Assembly (NCBI GenBank): GCA_026991575.1
Contig: JALXBF010000036.1
Location: forward strand, 56,301-76,300
Source of the DNA: Planctomycetota bacterium
GTDB taxonomy: Bacteria; Planctomycetota; Planctomycetia; JALXBF01
Reading direction: 5' to 3'
Length of the DNA: 20,000 nucleotides
This document shows, piece after piece, positions 16,634 through 20,000 of this stretch. The notes below the pieces were generated by a model, which was given only the letters and a program-made list of their open reading frames with translations, was not told where the DNA came from and searched no databases. The translations under genes were made by a program, and so were the position numbers. The stretch's first letter is position 1, and each line of letters begins with the position of its first letter.

Positions 16634-17797
16634 CTACGGTATGGTCAGGCCGATGTGGTGCTGGCTGAGCCGTTCGAAGCCGTCCCGCGTGATCCGGTAG
16701 TTGTGCTCGATCCTCAAGCCGCCTACACCGGGAACGTACACACCCGGCTCGAGCGTGACAACGTCACCTTCGACGAGCACGTCCTCGGAGCACCGGCCTA
16801 ACACGGGGGCTTCCGGGTGTTCCAGTCCGAGTCCGTGGCCGGCATGATGCGGCAGCTCGTAGCGACTGTCCGCTTCCATCAGCACCCGGTTCACCGCCTC
16901 CGCCACGGCAGAGCCAGACACGCCTGGGCGGAGCATCCGTTCACCGGCTGCCATCGCCTCGCGGCACAGTGTCAGCCACTGCTGCTGCTCGGCGCTCGGC
17001 TCGCCGCCGACACAGAACGTGTTTGTCAGGTCGGCGCGGTAACCGCCGCAGATGACCGAGAAATCGACCAGCAGCAGTTCGCCGCGTCCGATCCGCCGGA
17101 TGGTGGGCGGTCCACTACGCGACTCGTGCAAGCGGCTGCCGCTGAGGAAGTCGCCGTAGACAACCACCGGTGTCCCCAGCACCTCCTGGCACGTCCGCTG
17201 AACACCGGCGTAGACGTCCAGTTCGGTCATGCCAGGGCGGACCGAGTTCGCCACCCATGCCAGGGCTGCTTCGATCGCGCGCGCGGACGCCTGGATCAGA
17301 CGCAGTTCGTCCGGCGCCTTTGCCCGGCGCATCTCTCGCAGCACCGGGCCGACGTCCAGCACATCGGCCGGCTGCAACCGGCGCAACATCGCCGCGGGCG
17401 TGTAGTCCAGGTCGACGGCGAGCCGGCACCCGGCAAGCTGATGCCGGAACCACGACACGAAGGTCTCGATCACCGCCTGCCGCCGGTCTCGGAACGTATC
17501 CTGGCCCGTGTAGTATCGCACGGGCACCAGGGTGTCGGCGTGAGGCTCGGGCTGGCGGCGCAGCAGGTGGTTGTCGGCAAAGAGCGTCGTGCGCGCCTGG
17601 TCGTCGACAACCAGAACGGCCAGGGCGTACGCCGAATTACTCACCGGGTTGAAGTGCAGGCCGGTCAGGTAGGTGACGTGCATCGGAGCGGTCAGGACGA
17701 CGCAGTCGGCCTGGCCCATCACTCGGGCCGTCAGGTCCCCGAGCCGTCGTCGGCAGCCCGCTTCGTCGAGGTACAGTCCTGTCTGTGGCCGGGTCAT
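16634..17797 (-). CDS. M24 family Xaa-Pro peptidase-like metallopeptidase
   Basis: Metal ligands VDF, YRADLT, HHAGHGLGLEHPEAP, TLEPGVY, GGLRIEH; N-terminal creatinase-like domain. ATG 17797 has AGGGG upstream. Confidence 0.9.
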   Translation of the reverse strand: MTRPQTGLYLDEAGCRRRLGDLTARVMGQADCVVLTAPMHVTYLTGLHFNPVSNSAYALAVLVVDDQARTTLFADNHLLRRQPEPHADTLVPVRYYTGQDTFRDRRQAVIETFVSWFRHQLAGCRLAVDLDYTPAAMLRRLQPADVLDVGPVLREMRRAKAPDELRLIQASARAIEAALAWVANSVRPGMTELDVYAGVQRTCQEVLGTPVVVYGDFLSGSRLHESRSGPPTIRRIGRGELLLVDFSVICGGYRADLTNTFCVGGEPSAEQQQWLTLCREAMAAGERMLRPGVSGSAVAEAVNRVLMEADSRYELPHHAGHGLGLEHPEAPVLGRCSEDVLVEGDVVTLEPGVYVPGVGGLRIEHNYRITRDGFERLSQHHIGLTIP

Positions 17798-17869
17798 CGC
17801 TTGCCCCTTTCTAGAATGTCCAAACCGCACCGGGCATCATCGTAGCCGAAGCCCTTTGGGAATGCGCTC

Positions 17870-19372
17870 ATGAAGCAGTATTCGCGGATCACCGAGTTCC
17901 TGGAGGAGCTGGAGTCGCTTGGTGAGCTGGTGCGCGTCAGCTGCGAGGTGGATCCCGAGCTGGAAATCACCGAGATCACGGACCGGGTCTCCAAGTCACG
18001 GACGCGCCGCTGGGGACTGGGCGGCCCAGCTTTGCTCTTTGAGCGTGTACGCGGCTCCACCATGCCGGTGCTGATCAACCTGCTCGGCAACCAGCGCCGC
18101 ATGTGCCTGGCCCTGCGCGCGGAGTCGTACGAGGCGGTGGCTGAGCGGATTGCTGCGCTGCTGAAGCCGAAGGTCCCGGAGGGGGGGCTGTGGGAAAAGC
18201 TCAAGTTCCTGCCCGAAGCAGCCCGTATGGCTCAGGCCCTGGCCGCCATGCCGCCGAAGGTCGTCTCCGATGGACCATGCCAGGAAGTGGTCAAGACCGG
18301 CCCGCAGGTGAACCTCCATGAGCTCCCTGTCTTGAAATGCTGGCCCCTGGACGCAGGCCGGTTCATCACCTTTGGGCAGGTGTTCACCAGGAACCCGGAG
18401 ACGGGCGAGCGGAATGTGGGCGTCTACCGCCTGCAATTGCTTGACGAACGCACGACCGCCATGCACTGGCACCTCCACCACGACGGTGCCCAGCACTACC
18501 TGATGTACCGCAAGCGCGGCGAGAAGATGCCTGTGGCCGTGTCGCTGGGCGGCGACCCGATCTACCCGTTCATGGGGATCGCACCGCTACCGCCGAGCAC
18601 GGACGAGTGCCTCTTCGGCGGTTTCCTGCGGGGCAAGCCGATCGAGCTGGTGCGCTGCAAGACGATCGATATGGAGGTTCCAGCCGACGCGGAAATCGTC
18701 ATCGAAGGCTACGTCGACCCGCAGGAACCGTTGATCACGGAAGGCCCCTTCGGCGACCATACCGGCTGGTATTCGCTGGAAGATCGGTTCCCCAAGTTCC
18801 ATGTAACCGCAATCACCCACCGGCCCAACCCGATCTACTGGACGACGATCGTCGGCATCCCCCCTCAAGAGGACTACCATATGGGCAAGGCGGTCGAGCG
18901 GATCTTCCTGCCGCTGGTGCGCATGATGATCCCGGAAATCGTCGACTACGACCTGCCGACTTTCGGCGTCTTCCACAACTTCGCGTTCGTCTCGATCCGC
19001 AAAACGTATCCGTTTCAGGCACGCAAGGTGATGAGTGCCCTGTGGGGCCTGGGCCAGTTGATGTTCACGAAGATCATCGTCGTCGTGGACGAGGACGTCA
19101 ACGTACACGACTACGACGAGGTCTGGTTCCACGTCGGATCGAACGTCCACCCGGGCCGTGATGTCCTCTTCTGCCAGGGCCCCACGGACATCCTCGACCA
19201 TGCCGCTCCGGTCTGCGGCGTGGGGCATAAGATGGGTATCGACGCGACGCGCAAGTGGCCCGAGGAAGGTCATCCCAGGCCGTGGCCGCCACTGATCAAG
19301 ATGACCGACGAAATCCGGGCGCTGGTAACCCGACGCTGGGCCGAATACGGCATCGGTCCGCTCCAGGAGTAA
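17870..19372 (+). CDS. ubiD: UbiD-family prFMN-dependent decarboxylase (menaquinone biosynthesis, MqnL-like)
   Basis: VDPELEITEI, GPALLFE, RNVGVYRLQ, HWHLHHDG, EGPFGDHTGWY, GIPPQED, DILDHA, KMGIDAT. Confidence 0.95.
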   Translation: MKQYSRITEFLEELESLGELVRVSCEVDPELEITEITDRVSKSRTRRWGLGGPALLFERVRGSTMPVLINLLGNQRRMCLALRAESYEAVAERIAALLKPKVPEGGLWEKLKFLPEAARMAQALAAMPPKVVSDGPCQEVVKTGPQVNLHELPVLKCWPLDAGRFITFGQVFTRNPETGERNVGVYRLQLLDERTTAMHWHLHHDGAQHYLMYRKRGEKMPVAVSLGGDPIYPFMGIAPLPPSTDECLFGGFLRGKPIELVRCKTIDMEVPADAEIVIEGYVDPQEPLITEGPFGDHTGWYSLEDRFPKFHVTAITHRPNPIYWTTIVGIPPQEDYHMGKAVERIFLPLVRMMIPEIVDYDLPTFGVFHNFAFVSIRKTYPFQARKVMSALWGLGQLMFTKIIVVVDEDVNVHDYDEVWFHVGSNVHPGRDVLFCQGPTDILDHAAPVCGVGHKMGIDATRKWPEEGHPRPWPPLIKMTDEIRALVTRRWAEYGIGPLQE

Positions 19373-19377
19373 CCGCC

Positions 19378-20000
19378 GTGCCGGTCGACCGTCGTGCAAG
19401 CCGTGTGCGGCAAATGTTTGCCGCCATCAGCCATCGCTACGACCTGCTGAACCGCCTGCTCAGCGGAACGATTGACCAGCGGTGGCGACGACGCACGGTA
19501 GAGATCCTGGGCAAACCGAGCACGGCAGTGCTTGATGTCTGCACGGGCACGGCGGATCTGGCCCGCGAGTTCGTCCGCGCCTACGGCCACGACTTCACCG
19601 TCGTCGGTGTCGACTTCTGCCGCCCGATGCTGGAGATCGGCCGGCGAAAGCTACTGCCGGAAACCGCCCCCGACCAGTTCGTTCTGATCGAAGCGGACGC
19701 CCAACGGCTGCCGTTCCCCGATGCCGTCTTCGACATCGTCACCGTGGCTTTCGGGCTACGTAACGTAACGGACCGGTCGCTGGGGCTAAGCGAGATGGTG
19801 CGGGTCTGTCGACCGGGCGGTAAGGTCGCCATCCTGGAGTTCTCCATGCCGCAGTCCCGCCTGCTGCGACGAGCCTACTACGTCTACTTCCGCCGGGTTC
19901 TGCCGGCTGTTGGACAGGCGATCGCCCCGAATCGATTCCGTGCCTACGAGTATCTGCCGGAGAGTGTGCTGGAGTTCTACACCGACGAGCAGATGCTGGC
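19378..20000 (+). CDS. ubiE: UbiE/MenG demethylmenaquinone C-methyltransferase (3' end runs off window)
   Basis: Not in the ORF track. From GTG 19378 (AGGAG 8 nt upstream): VRQMFAAISHRYDLLNRLLS, VLDVCTGTADLA, GVDFCRPML, ADAQRLPFPD, VAFGLRNV, ILEFS, AYEYLPESV. Confidence 0.93.
   Translation, partial: MPVDRRASRVRQMFAAISHRYDLLNRLLSGTIDQRWRRRTVEILGKPSTAVLDVCTGTADLAREFVRAYGHDFTVVGVDFCRPMLEIGRRKLLPETAPDQFVLIEADAQRLPFPDAVFDIVTVAFGLRNVTDRSLGLSEMVRVCRPGGKVAILEFSMPQSRLLRRAYYVYFRRVLPAVGQAIAPNRFRAYEYLPESVLEFYTDEQML

Noticed and set aside
17809..17817. TAGAAT -10-like hexamer upstream of ubiD (also TACAAT at 879-884, minus strand)
   Set aside because: No matching -35 or extended -10 element; too weak to call.
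16817..17845. 342-aa plus-strand ORF (likewise 9685-10581, 4618-5454, 2212-2934, 15056-15820, 18587-19399)
   Set aside because: Antisense shadows of well-supported genes.
1..20000. tRNA, rRNA, CRISPR arrays, transposases, phage or defence genes
   Set aside because: No such motifs or regularly spaced repeats seen; nearly all sequence is explained by ordinary CDSs.

Overview
A gene-dense, GC-rich chromosomal window, most likely from a planctomycete. That assignment is inferred from the co-occurrence of DUF1559 prepilin-like, DUF1501, DUF1080, DUF1570, DUF3500 and sulfatase genes. About 17 CDSs are supported. No RNA genes, mobile elements or CRISPR arrays were seen. The main theme is a dispersed futalosine-type menaquinone pathway: an MqnP-type UbiA prenyltransferase, the MqnE radical SAM enzyme, a UbiD/MqnL decarboxylase and a UbiE/MenG methyltransferase. 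Uncharacterised genes are interleaved with it: (i) a putative operon of a small helical protein, an EboB-like TatD hydrolase and the MqnP-type ubiA, with its own sigma70-like promoter; (ii) a DUF2079 membrane protein overlapping the mqnE stop (ATGA); and (iii) a signal-less, Cys-rich BtuF-like protein divergent from mqnE. Also present are glyQS, an M24 peptidase, and a DUF1501-sulfatase pair in which the sulfatase lacks a clean in-frame start and has several non-canonical active-site motifs. All family calls come from motif recognition by eye; no searches were run.
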